Assembly (NCBI RefSeq): GCF_009914755.1
Contig: NC_060929.1
Reading direction: 5' to 3' (one strand)
Length of the DNA stretch: 64,000 bases
Source: the human T2T-CHM13v2.0 reference genome, Homo sapiens
Of the stretch, positions 16,475-29,766 are shown one piece after another. Under the pieces are notes generated by a model. That model saw only the letters and a program-made list of their open reading frames with translations. It did no database searches and was not told the origin of the DNA. Position 1 is the first letter of the stretch; each line of letters begins with the position of its first letter. Position numbers and translations under genes: made by a program.

Positions 16475-16984
16475 AAAAACAATGGTGACATACATGACTA
16501 ACAGTGGTGGTTGGTAAACCAAGCAAAGATCCAAGGGCCTGCCCAAATGGTAAGTCTAGGTGATTGCCTGGGTAGGAGTCACTGATGCTACCAAACAGGC
16601 TACTAAGGATAAATGGTTGTGCCTTCCTACTCTAGAAACTAAACAAGAAACATAACACTTGGTTGGATGGTTGTGATTAGAGAGGGTACATATTGTAGAT
16701 CTGATAATATTGCTAACTCCTATCCATAAAGCTATGTGAAAGAAGGTCATATTTAAATAGAGGCCTGAACCACAACAGGCTATGTCTGAACTACAAAAAG
16801 CCAGAGTAATACAATCAATACCTTTGGGCTCTTATGATCCACATTTAGATAAGATTTTGGAAGTGTCTACGGACTAAAACTTAAGGAAAAAGCCCATGAT
16901 TGCCATCCAGCATTGACTGCTGGGATTTTAGACAAGGAAATTTCCAGATGTAGCAACATAGTGCATCCTGTTTGAAAAACACTG

Positions 16985-17101
16985 ATGATGAGTTGATGGG
17001 TGCAGCAAACCACCATGGCACGTGTATCCCTATGTAATAAACCTGCATGTTCTGTACATGTATCCCAGAACTTACAGTGTAATAAATAAATAAAATAAGA
17101 T
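16985..17101 (+). mobile_element. Very short L1PA 3' end insertion, TSD aaaacactg
   Basis: gggtgcagcaaaccaccatggcacgtgtat...cccagaactta plus A-rich tail. TSD at 16976-16984 and 17102-17110. Confidence 0.92.
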
Positions 17102-17831
17102 AAAACACTGGCTTGTTATTGGTCACTAATTCAAACTGCCTCCACGACTAAAAAAAAAATCTTGAAAGCTGCAATACATATAACATTTTGGGTTATCTCA
17201 GAGAAACATTCATTCTAACAAGGAAGGCAGTACTGAGAATTTTCATAATAAAATGGAAATGGTTTATACAGGAAAAGAGAAAAGCAAGGAAATACTCATC
17301 ATATTCACAAGCAGATAGCCTCCCTTAACTTATGACTGATTCTGGAGGCATCTGGAGAATTACTAGATCCTACTGCCACATATGTGTGCCCTTCTACCAG
17401 GCCCTAGTTGGCAAACAAAAAGCCACTTTATTTACAGATGGCAGTTCCAAGGTGATGGACAGCATCCTGTTTGGAAAGCTGCCATACTGTGACTAACTGA
17501 TGGAAAAAAAACTCTGATCAAAGAAGGTAAGAATAAATCAGTTCACTGAGCTCAACTGCATGCTGTTATCCGTGCAGTAACAGAAGACATAGACAACAGC
17601 AAGAGCTCTGAAGTTTGTGTGTATTCTGACTCAGAGGTGGGAGTGAACAGCTTGGTTATACGGTCAAACAGATGGACAATAAGAAACTGGACTACTGAAG
17701 TAATGAAGAAATGGAGACTGGAGTTTGCAGTCCATGAGTGCTACCCATGAGTATAAGGTATGGTTCTACAGAAACTTAAGGAACTCATTAAAGTAGGACA
17801 TGTTGATACACATCAAAATAATTCTCTTCCA

Positions 17832-18141
<310 letters not shown>

Positions 18142-20141
18142 TCAAAGGATGATTAAAACCAACAGGCGGAGGTTGCAGTGAGCCAAGATCGTGCCACTGC
18201 ACTCCAGCTTGAGCAACAGCAAGACTCTGTCCCAAATAATAATAACAATTATTATTATTATCTTCCAGAATCAAAGGATGATTGAAACCAACAAGTGAAT
18301 ACCTTAGGGTGCTCACTCCAGTTAGCCACTTGGGTTCATAAAGTGTATGGACACAGATGGTGGCTGATAATCAGCATATTCCTCTTGTATTCTCTGAGGC
18401 ACAAAATGGCAACATGAACAGTCCAATCTACCAGTCAGAAAGACTGCATACAATGATGAGACAGATTCCCTAGGGTAAAGGCTCTGCACATAGCTGGAAA
18501 ACAAACTACGTTGGACCACTGCCTGTAGCCCTAGGAGGCTGTCATGGGTGTGACAGGAAAAGACATTTACTCTGGACTGGGCTTTGCATACCTGGTAATA
18601 GACACCAATACTCAAAACACAATAAAAGGTTTGGAGCAAATAATACTATACTAATTTGGAAAGTTGAGTTACATTTGTTCAGTTATACCTGTTATATTTG
18701 TACATACTGTCCAAATATGGGCAAAGAGAGAACTCATGAAGTTGACACATCAATTTGCTTATCCTCAAAATAGGATGGAACAGGAAATTGAAAGTAGAAA
18801 TCAGAGAACTGCAGTGGGCAATTGAAATACTTGTTATCAAAAGTAGGAGAAAATAAAGGCAAGAAGCACTGGCTTGTAGGCCTTCACAAGTGTACACTCA
18901 GTCAACACAAATCAGACCATGGGAAGGTCATGCCCCATGAGTTAGGATTCTTCTGCTTTTGTGAGGGATTTGAGGATGATGACGTTAAGGAGGATACAAG
19001 TATGACCATACAATTCTTCCCCACATCACCTCAACACTCATTTCCTACCCAATAAAGTAATTCCAGAACTAGGACTTGAACTGTGAGTGCTGGAAGCAGA
19101 GATAATCCTTAACCAAGAAACTGATTATACCTTTAAATCTTTATGCCAGAATATCTAAGGGCCTGATAGGATGAATTCTGCTTTCACCCAATCTGACAAA
19201 ATTGCAGTCAACCATTGTATGCAGCTATAATGTCCAGTGGCCAAGATAGCCCACAAGTTCTATATCTGTGTAATCTTACCCTATATGAATGGGAACGTAC
19301 TGAAGGGGGAGCACTTGGCAGACCCATATCACTATCAGCACCATAGATGAGCCCAATATCCCTTCCAAGGATAGAATGGTTTGACTTAAAATCAATGATA
19401 AATGGGAAGAAGAAATAATAGCTGAAGGTATATGAATGAATGAACAGGTACTCAATGAGGGAAATCCAACATTACACTGGTGCCTTGATGAAGGTTCAGA
19501 AAAAGAGAACAATATTGTGTATTCAAATAATTACACCAGATGCCTGAAGGGGTGAAGTCATGTTTGCCAACACCACCTCTGCTTTGGAACCTGATGTGGT
19601 CTAATAGTAACCTGCAAATCTGAGTGGCATCAATTTGGAGACATTTTGTTCATTCACTACAATGATGAATAAAACCAACTGCTGATGACTGAATGGAACT
19701 CCAGTAACGTACCAGTATTATTTTTTTATTTTTCAGGTTACATCTACTACAAAGGATATCATTTGGGAAGAATTTCCAGAAACTGCTCCTGGCTGGGCTA
19801 TCAAATTATGCAGTATACAACTCCCAGAGGACTGATCACTGTGTAACTGTAAGCCTCAATGACTAAAAGCTTAGAAAGGTTCCTGGTTACGATGGACAAA
19901 ATAGAGCTTCTACATGCCTGTCGTGCCATAGTGTGCTGAAATACATATCAACCTTGTTTGTGGGTAGAAAGCTATAAGACAAGATAGAAAGAAATGGTGG
20001 GTTTCTGGTGGGAATAAAGCAGTAGGCATTAACTGGTGAGCTTGAATCCCCACAGGAAATGACTTCACGTAGAGCCTGAGAAAGACTTGTGAGGTCTTAT
20101 GGCATACTCAGACTAAATCACATCTAGGTATGATCATTATA

Positions 20142-20570
20142 TGTGATGGTTAATTTTATGTCAATTTAGATGGGCCACATTGTACAGATATTTGGTCAAA
20201 CACTATTTTGGATGTTTCTGTGAGGATGTTTTTAGATGAGAGTCACATTTAAATTGGTGTTTTTTTGAGTCAAGCAGATTGGGTGAACCTCATTTAATCA
20301 GTTAAAGGCCTTAGCAAAATAAAGGCTGACCTCACCCAAGCAAGAGGGAATTCTGCCAGCAGACTGCCTTTGGACTCAAACTGCAACTCATTCCTGAGTC
20401 TCCAGCCTGCTGGCCTCCCCCATCAGATTTTGGATTCGCTGGCCTCCATAATCACATGAGCCAATTCCTTAAAATACATGTCTTTATGAATGTGTGTATA
20501 TGTGTTTATATAAACATATATACATATTCATCCTGCTGGTTCTGTTACTCTGGAGAACCCTAACTATCCA
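20142..20570 (+). mobile_element. MLT2 (ERVL) LTR
   Basis: tgtgatggttaattttatgtcaa...ggttctgttactctggagaaccctaactatcca. Confidence 0.88.
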
Positions 20571-21201
20571 TCTAGCCTTAGTATGATGAACTCCCTCCCC
20601 AGCCCGCCACCCCACCACCACACACCTAGTAAAGGTAGAACGATATATTAAACACTAAGGGAAATAATGTGTTATACATGCTACAAAAGAATAAAAGAAT
20701 TATTTTAAAAGCACACAAGACACAAAGGAGAGAGAGGTCATTCTAGCCTATGTGGATAAGAGAAAGCTTTCTTAGAGGTTGATCTAAGCTTGAAAGATGA
20801 ATAAATATTCTGCAAGCAGATGGGAGGGAGGTGGTGAAGCAGCATCCTTGGCACCAAATGCTCTCTGCCTGAGTAGAGGCCCAGAGATATAAAACAGCAT
20901 GATAAACTAAAAAACGCAAGTAGGTTTATATAGCTCATGCACAGGGTGAAAAGGGACTGGGACAAGAGGGAGGCAAGAGATGAAGCTGGAGAAATATAAA
21001 AGGGCCAACTCATGAAAGGTCTGATATGACAAGGCAGGAGTTTGAATTTCACTTTGCAGAGAAACACATAATGGCTCTAAAAACATACCAACCTGACCAA
21101 AGATGCAACTTTAAAACATACTTCTGATAGCAGTGTTAAGGTTCAGAAAGATAAAAATGGTGGGAGCAAAGCAGGCATAGATGGACTACATTGGAGTTAA
21201 G

Positions 21202-21594
21202 TTTCTTAAGTCATCTTGGTCTGCCATAACAAAATACCAGGTACACAGGGTAGCTTAAATAACAGACATTTATTTCTCACAGTTCTGGATGCTCAGAAGT
21301 CCAAGATCAAGGTGCTAGCCAATTTGGTTCCTGAGGAGGGCTCTCTTCCTGGCTAATGGATGGCTGCCTTCTCACTATGTCCTCATGTGACATTACTTCA
21401 GTGTATGCACACATATAGACACCTCTCTCTTCTCCTTCTTGTAAGGCCACCAATCCTATCATATTAGTACCCGACCCTTTTAACTTCATTTAACCTTTAG
21501 CTCCTAAAAGCTCTACCTCAAAATACAATAGCATTGGAGGTTAAGGCTTCAACATATGAATGGCGTCAGGGATGGGGATACCCAGTCCAATAAC
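21202..21594 (-). mobile_element. MLT1-type MaLR solo LTR
   Basis: ctgccataacaaaatacca...catttatttctcacagttctgga...aagtccaagatcaaggtgc...gcttcaacatatgaat. Confidence 0.85.
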
Positions 21595-21806
21595 AGTAAG
21601 GAATTACAGTAATCTAGTTAAGAGACTAAAGACCTAAGCGAAACCAATAGCAGTGAAGATGGAGAAAAATGTGATGCTAAGAATGTAAAATGAAAAGACC
21701 TGTTCACCAGTTAAATATAAATAGTGAAAAGAATATGAAGTTTCTGCTTTAAATAACTGAATGAATGTTAGTACTGTCCATTTAAACAAGGAAAGCAGGT
21801 TAATAA

Positions 21807-22883
21807 TGATATGGGATTTTTCTCAGTCACTTTGCCAGCCAGAGACCTCTGGCCAGTGACGCCCCTGCCGAGGCCTTGCTTGGGCCCAGGTACACCACAG
21901 AAGATGCTCTGTCCGATCAGACCACAGGGCCACACCCAGCCTGCACTCTGGCATGGATCCTGCAGCGGACCTTGGCCATGTGAGTGAGCAAGTGCAAGGT
22001 CCAGCTGGCTATTCCAGGCAAGGGCCAGCAAAGAAGCGGGCTCCATGTGGGGCCTGCAGCTAGACCAGGTGTGTTGCAAGCTAGTCCTGCAGTGGACTCT
22101 GGTGTCCAGATAAGGGGAATGCAGTGGTGTCCAGGCAGGGGTGACCACAATGCTAAAGCTCCAGAGAGGATGTTACAGCATGCTAATTAGCTTTTTCAGT
22201 CCTACCGTCTGCAGCCTGATGAACAGCAGTAAATTAACAGCCCTGTCAGCCCCTAGCCTCACTCTACCCTGCAGCTCCAGGGCTGGCTTGGCCCTGCTGC
22301 TTCCCGTCGTATGGGGTGGCTGCCCTCTGCTGGCATAGGGCAGTGGGCCACAACTGTTATATCCTTTGGTGTACCCACATTCGGTGGGTCTTGAGTTCTT
22401 GTCCTGTGTCCAAGAAGAAGGAGGGCATGCTGACAATTGAAGGGCGATGAGGGCAAAGAAGAATTTCATTGGGTGAAGAAACAGTTCTCAGTGGAGAAAG
22501 GACATGAGGATGATTTTTCTCCCAGTGTGGCTGAGTCCAGGGCTTTTCGGGCTCAGAATGGGGGAATGTGTGCTGATTGGTTTGGTTTGTGAGTATGCAA
22601 AAAAGGTTAAAACAAAAGTACCACTCAAAGGTGGGCACAACAGTGTAAAGAACCAATTAGGGAAGAGTAGGTATATGTAAAATAGGTGAAGGGTGGGGAT
22701 CAATCAGAGTAAAGTACGCCAAATGGGAAGACAAGTTCTCAATCTGGTCCCTGGATTTGACCTGTAGCTTGGCTTTCAGGCTTTAAACTGTCTTTGGCTT
22801 GAAGGTTGGGTTTAAACTGTCTTTGGCTTGAAGGTTGGACCCGCCCCATCTGCCTAGGATTTGTCTGCCACATGTTGTTATCA
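21807..22883 (-). mobile_element. MER52/LTR27-28-like ERV1 solo LTR (GC-rich)
   Basis: Reverse complement starts tgataacaacatgtggcagacaaatcctaggcagatggggcgggtcc. TG..CA ends, 4-bp flanks ataa/atag, internal 29-bp tandem duplication at 22782-22838. Confidence 0.75.
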
Positions 22884-22992
22884 ATAGCCCAGCCAAACCC
22901 TAGCAGCTTCAGACTCTGAAAATGCAGGTCTAGTGAAGAGCAGAAGTGAAAAGTCAGACAAAAGAGGATTCCTGAAGATCTATCTACTGAAG

Positions 22993-24350
22993 TCTCAATC
23001 ATCACCGAAGGGTTTGAGATTTTTACTCTACTTACAAGCTAATCAGTTAGCCTGTTACTGTTTCAAGGATGCTGGCAGTAGACATAAGACTCCTGGGTCA
23101 AAGGACTTTATTCACCACAGCACAGCATCAGCTTATTTGCACTGGTTCCTTGAAACCCAACATCCTTGGGGGTAATAAGATAAGAGTCTAGCTAGATGGT
23201 GTGTAGTGGTAGAGGTCGAAGTTGAAGAATGCCAAGCTTGGGAGCTGTGATATTGTGAACTATATATTTGGTCTTCAACCATGGTATACAACTCCTAAAA
23301 TCCTCAGAAATTCCTACCTGATGTCTTTTTGTATGCTAATGAGATGACTGCTGGCAGGAAGCCCTTAGGTAATGGGGGCCAGTCACCAGAAAGACAAAGG
23401 CATGATTAGAAGGTTAGGACTTTCATTCCCCACCCTCACCTCCAAGGAGGAGAGAGGGGCTGAAGGATAAGTTGATCATCAATGGACAATGGTTTAATCA
23501 GTCAAGCCTAGGTAATAAGGCTTCCATAAAACCCCAAAAGGAAGGACTGGGTCTGGAGAACTTCTGAATAGTTAAATAAGGAAGGACTGGGTCTGGAGAG
23601 CTTCTGAATAGTTAAACACACAGACGCTGACAGGAAGGGGAACAAGAATTCATTAATGTACCCCCAGCCAGTAGGGCGGTACACAGGGACAGAAGCTCCA
23701 GTGGTTAGGAAGCTAGGACACTTCTATTTCTTAATCTGGCTGTTTATTTTTATCCTTTAAAATATCCTTTGTAATAAACAGGCAAACATGTTTCCCTGAA
23801 TTCCGTGAGCCACTCTAGCAAATTAAACCCAACGAGGGGGTTCATGGGACCTGAAACTTGGGGTTGGTCAGATGTCCCAGAGCCTGGACTTGAGACTAGT
23901 GGGAAGGAAGGGGTGATCTTGTGGGACTGAGCCCTCAATCTGTGGTTTCAGAGGCTATCTCCAGGTAGATAGCATCAGAAGTGAATTGAATTAGAGGACC
24001 CCCCAGCTGGTGTCCATTTGCAAAACTGATTGCTTGCTTGGTGTATAGAAAGAAACACCCACACATGTGGTCAAAGAAGTCTTCTGTGTCGATTGTTGTT
24101 GTGTTGTAAAAGCAAAGAAAAAACAGTTTGAGGTTTTTCCACTCACAAGAGCCTCTTATTTTATTGCAAGCTGTAAGCAAGCCTGTTCTTTGTCCCAGAT
24201 AGACATTATCTCATCTCTCAAGATTGCTCTCTACAAACACAACCCTGAGAAATGGCCCAGGTAAAAAGCAGTCAGGGCCTTTCATTCTTGGCAAATCCAG
24301 TAAGACATGTGGGAGCATGAGAAAATCATGGAGGACTGTCTCTCACAACA
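22993..24350 (-). mobile_element. LTR40-like solo LTR split by a MER21-like LTR
   Basis: gggtttgagatttttactctacttacaagctaatcagttagcctg... and ...catggaggactgtctctcacaaca. Confidence 0.7.
23246..24147 (+). mobile_element. MER21-like LTR, 5-bp TSD ggagc/agagc
   Basis: tgtgatattgtg..tatatatttggtcttc...ttttccactcaca. Internal 40-bp tandem duplication at ~23540-23616. Confidence 0.8.
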
Positions 24351-25043
24351 CTCATCCACCTGTTTCATTCCCTCCATGATCCCAAATGCAATACAGCCAG
24401 CAGCCCTGGTATGTATGCTCCAGGCAAAATATTAACTGACATACCTCTTTTAAAAATGGAATAAACTATTTAGAGACAATTCAAGTGCTAGAATGGATGT
24501 TGTTACCCCAGAAAAAAAGTATTCCAAAGTCTAGTATTGAAAGGGACCAAAATAAAACAGAATTACCCAAGAACACTAAAATGAAGCCTGCCAGTAAACT
24601 ATCCTCACTCACATACAAGAACCTCCTTCAAGCTTCCTAAAACTTTATTCTCCTTTTCTCTTAATATTTAATTTTGAAAATGTTCAAACATATAAAAACG
24701 TTGAAAAATAGTACAAAAACCACCTTTACACCAACCACTTTGAATGAACAACTGTTAACATTTTTGCCAAAAATGCTTCTTTCTATTTCTGTGGGGTTTT
24801 TTTCTCTGTTTTTAAAGAAGCATTTAGAAATAACTTTCAGGCATCATGACTTTCTCCCTAAATAGTTTACATGTATCTCCTAAGAATAAGAACATTTCTC
24901 TACATAACCATAATACCGTTATCTCCCTTAAGAAACTTAATTCTTTCCCAATTGCCCCTAAAAGTATAGGTATTTTTATTAGTTTTTAAACCAAAATCAC
25001 AGCAAGGTTCACACACTGCATTTGGGTGGCGGGGGGAGGGAGT

Positions 25044-25333
25044 GTTTTGTTTTATTTTGTTTTGTTTGAGATAGAGTCTTGGTCTGTCACCCAGGCTGCA
25101 GTGCAGTGAAGCAATATCCGCCTCCCAGAATCAAGCGATTTTCCCACCTCATCATTCCGAGTAGCTAGGATTATGGGAGCATGCCACCATGTCCAGCTAA
25201 TTTTTGTATTTTTAGTAGGGATGGGGTTTTGCCATGCTGGCCAAGCTGGTCTCAAACTCCTGACCTCAAGTGATTCACCCGCCTCAGCCTCCCAAGGTGC
25301 CTAGATTACAGGTGTGAGCCACTGCATCTGGCC
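25044..25333 (-). mobile_element. Alu within an old antisense L1M 3' fragment (~24650-25880)
   Basis: Alu consensus. The flanks are old L1M-like 3'UTR (ttctctacataaccataatacc). Confidence 0.85.
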
Positions 25334-25881
25334 TGCATTTGGTCTTCATATCTCCTTAATCATTTTCATGTGTAACAGTCTCCCTGATTTCCAACACATT
25401 CATCTTAACATTTTTAATGACATTTATGTTTTGAAGAGACCAGGCCAATTATCTTTTCGTATGTCCTGTGTTCTAGATTTGTCTAATTGTGTCCTTGTGA
25501 TGTTATTTAACTTTTCATCTATCCCCTGTATTTCATTAAAATTGGAAAATGTACCTAAAGGTCTGAATACAGTCAGATTCAACTTATAAAAGAAGATTCA
25601 CAGTTAATGCTATGTGCTTCAAGTTGCATCACATCAGAAAACACACAATGTCAGGCTGCTGTATTATCAGTGATCCTAACTTTGTTCACTTAGGTAAAGT
25701 TGTAACAGCTAAATCTCTGTTGTAAGGTATATTCTTCCCTACACAATTCCAATAAACCTTGAGGTGATATTTTGGTACTGTGCAAATATTCTATTCCTTC
25801 ATATCCTTTCACCTAAAGGAATTAGTGTCCATTAGTGATCCTAATCTGAATCAATTATTTCAGTGAAGAGCTGTATAATGG

Positions 25882-26221
25882 CGTATTAATCTGTTTTCAC
25901 TCTTAAAGACATACCCAAGACTGGATACTTTATAAAGGAAAGAGGTTTAATTGACTCACAGTTCCACATGGCGGGGGAGGCCTCACAATCATGGCGGAAG
26001 AGCAAGGGGTGTCTTACGTGGCAGCAGACAAGAGAGAGAGAGTTTGTGCAGGAAAACTCCTCTTTATAAAACCATCAGATCCTCACTATCTTGAGAACAG
26101 CACAAGAAAAACTTGCCCTCATGATTCATTTACCTCTCACCGGGTCCCTCTGATGACACATGGGAATAACGGGAGCTACACAACTCGAGATTTGGGTGGG
26201 GACACAGCTAAACCATATCAA
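25882..26221 (-). mobile_element. THE1 solo LTR
   Basis: gacatacccaagactgg...gaaagaggtttaattgactcacagttccacatgg...gggacacagctaaaccatatca. Confidence 0.92.
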
Positions 26222-28223
26222 TTGGTTGTCTATTACTGTTGTAACAAGCAACACAATTTAGCTTCTCACAATTTATAGATCAGAAGTCTGGGTTGATTCC
26301 ACTGGTTTCTCTGCTACAGGTTTCAGAAGGCTAAAATCAAAGTATCAGTCAGCTGGGCTCAAATCAGGAAGTTCTGGGGTCTGCGTCCAAGATCATTCAG
26401 GTTGTTGGCAAAATCCTGTTTATTGTAGTTGTAGGACTGAGATCCACATTTCCTTGCAGAGTCATCTGGGGGACAACCTTAGCTTCCAGAGGCCTCTTTC
26501 TGATCCTTGGGCATGGGCCCCTATATCTCAGTGCCAGCAACAGTGCAATGAATCCTTCTCATGTGTGGAATCTCTGTGGCTTCCACTTCTGCTGCTACAA
26601 CTCCATAACAGACTCTTCTGCCTTCCTCTTCTGCTTTTAATAGCTTAAGTGATGCGCTGGGTCTACCTGGATAATCCAGCATGCTATGGTTTGGTTGTAA
26701 TTTGTCTCCATCAAAACTCATGTTGAAATTTAATTGCCAATGTAACAGTATTGGGAGGTGGAGCCTTTAAGAGGAGATTAGGTCCTTAAGTTTAGATTAA
26801 TGTCTTTCTTGCAACAATGGCTTAGTTTTTGAGCAAATTGATTAGTTCTTGAAGGAACTGATTAATTCTGAAGAGAATGGCTTGATATAAAACGAGGTTG
26901 CCTCTCATATTTTGCCCTTTTGGAACACCTGTTTCCTTTTCCACTCCTCCACCATGTTATGATGCAGTACAAGGCCCTCAACAGAAGCCAAACAGACAAT
27001 GGCTGCATGCTTCTTTAACCTCCCAGTCTCCAGAATTGTGAGCCAAATAAATCTATTTTCTTCATCAATTATCCAGTCTCAGGTATTCTGTCATAGCAAC
27101 ACAAAACAGACTAAGATAGAAAACTGGTACTGGGTAGTGAGGTGTTTCTATACCTGAAAATATGGAAGCAGCTTTGGAACTGAGTAATGGGTAGTGGCTG
27201 GAAGAATCTGAAGGAGTAAGCTAGAAAAAAACCTCTATTGCTGTGAATGGAGCACTAAGGACAATTCTGGTGAGCGCTCAGAAGATGAAAAGAACTAAGG
27301 AATACCTTAAGTGGTCATAACCAGAATGCTGATAGACATATGGACAATAAAGGCCATTTTGATGAGGTCTCAAATGGAAACAAAGAATATCTTACTAAGA
27401 ACTGAAGTAATGGTCATGCTTGTTATATAGTAACAAACAACCTGGCTATACTGTAGCCATGCCCTAGGACTTAATAGAGGGCCAAACTTAGGGCACTGGA
27501 ATAGCATATATGGTTGAAGAAATGTCTAGGCAGCAAAGCAGTTAGAAGTAACTTCTTACAGCGAGATGCTAGAGAAAGGAAGCAGAGCAAAAATAATTGG
27601 AAAATTCCCAGCAAGGATTAGTAGTAGAGAATGAAATAGCATGTTCAGGAGAGGAAACCAAGGGTGTAGCTCACAGGCCATTTGCTAAAAGAATTAATAT
27701 GGATAAACAGAAGTCAGGTACTAACCATCAAAGCAATGACTAAAAGGCACTAAAAGCATTGCAGAGATCTTCTAGGCCACCCTTTAAGTGTCTGCTCTCC
27801 AAATGTCTGCTTCCTGAATTCCAGTGCAGCTCTCCTCACCCATTCCAGCCATTACTCAATCAGCCCATGTGTGGCTTGACTTGCTGCTCCAAAAAGTACA
27901 AGCCATAAACCTTTGTGGCACAATGCCATGGCTCAAGTGAACCAAGATGCCACTTGTGCTGCTGCTCTCAAACCATAAGCTCTGATGGTGTCAGCATGGT
28001 GCTGTCTCTGCAGATGTGCAGAGGTGTGCAGGCTGGAGGATTATGTTAGCTTCTTCCTAGATATTAAAGGATGCAGCAAACTGCCTGGGAGCCCAGGCAG
28101 AATCCTAATGCAGGAATGGAGCCCCAACAGAGAATCCCTAAAAGAATGCATAGTGGAGTGACAGGTACAAAGCTGCCACCTTCAAGACCCCAGAACTGTA
28201 GAGTGACCATCAACATGTAACTC

Positions 28224-28624
28224 TGTGTTAGGCTGTTTTTGCACTGCTTAAAGTTTATAAAGAAAAGAGATTTAATTGGCTCATGGTTCTTCAGGCTTTA
28301 AAGGAAACATGGTGCTGTCATCTACTCGACTACTGGGGAGGCCTCAGCAATCTTACAATCATGGCAAAAGGCAAAGAGGAATCAGGTGTCTCACATGGCA
28401 AGAGCCAGAGCCAGAGACAGATGAGGAGGGGTGCCAAACACGTTTAAACAAGCAGATCTTGTGACAGCTTACTATTGCAAAATAGACACCACGGGAATGG
28501 TGCTAAACCATTCAGGAGAAATCCACCCCCATGATCCAATCGCTTCCCATCAGGCCCCAACTCCAATACTGGGGATTACAAGACAACATGAGATTTGTTG
28601 GGGACATATATTCAAACTACATCA
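28224..28624 (-). mobile_element. MST solo LTR nested in the MaLR internal region
   Basis: tgtgttaggctg...gatttaattggctcatggttct...caacatgagatttgttggggaca..ttcaaactacatca. Confidence 0.85.
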
Positions 28625-28908
28625 AACGCCAGCCTGAGAAAGCCACAGGCTCAAGCACACAACCCCAAACTGAGAGACAAGCACGTGCGCTCCACCCAGC
28701 AAAGTCATAGGGGCAGGACTTCCCAAAACCAAGAGAGCCCATCCCTCACCTTGCAATCATCCTACAATTGTGTCCTGGAGGCAGCACATAAAGTGAGAGA
28801 TGATTCTGGAGTTTTAAGATTTAATACCTGTCCTGTAGGTTTCAGACTTGCTTTGAGGTGGTTACTCCTTTCTTTCTGCACATTCCTCCCTTTTGGAAGG
28901 AACATTTA

Positions 28909-29278
28909 TGATAAAGGTTAGGCTTTGTGTCCCTACCCAAATCTCATCTTGAATTGTAATCCCCAAGTGTTGAGGTAGAGAACTGATGGGAGGTGACTGT
29001 ATCATGGGGGTGGTTCCCTCCATGCTGTTCTCATGATAGTGAGTGAGTTCTCATGAAATCTGATGGTTTTAGAAGTGTTTTGGTAGTTCCTCTCTTGCTC
29101 ACTTCTTCTCTTCTGCCTGCCACCATGTAAGACATGCCTGCTTCCCCTTCTGCCATGACTGTAACTTTCCTGAGGCCTCCCCAAACATGTGGAACTGTGA
29201 GTCAATTAAACCTCCTTCCTTTACAAATTACCCAATCTTGGGTGTTTCTTTATAACAGTGTGAGAATATACTAATACA
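28909..29278 (+). mobile_element. THE1 solo LTR nested in the MaLR internal region
   Basis: tgataaaggttaggctttgtgtccctacccaaatctcatcttgaattgtaat...ctaataca. TSD attta/gttta. Confidence 0.88.
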
Positions 29279-29471
29279 GTTTACCCCATGCCTGTTCTGC
29301 CATTGTATTTTGGAAGCAGATAACTTGTTTCTTATTTTACAGGCTCACAACCAGAAGGAGTGTGCCTTGAGTCTCACATGAGACTTTGGAATTTGGACTT
29401 ATGAATTGGTGCTGGAATGAGTTAAGATTTAGGGGACCTTTGTGATGAAATGAATATATATATATATGTGA

Positions 29472-29766
29472 TTTTGTTTGTTTTGAGATGGAGTCTCGCT
29501 CTGTCACCAAGGTTGTAGTACAGTGGTGTGATCTCAGCTCACAGCAACCTCCTCCACCCTAGTTCAAGCAATTCTCCTGCCTCAGCCTCCCGAGTAGCTG
29601 GGATTACAGACACCTGCCACCATGCCTGGCTAATTTTTGTATTTTTTGCAGAGACGGGGTTTCACCATGTTGGCCAGGCTGGTCTCAAACTCCTGACTTC
29701 AAGTGATCTGCCCATCTCGGCCTCCCACAGTGCTGGGATGACAGGCATGAGCCGCTGTGCCTGGCC
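29472..29766 (-). mobile_element. Alu nested in the MaLR internal region
   Basis: Alu consensus. aaatgaatRtat flanks both sides. Confidence 0.94.

Noticed and set aside
21807-22883. GC-rich block as a CpG-island promoter
   Set aside because: Explained by a MER52-like LTR and CpG-depleted.
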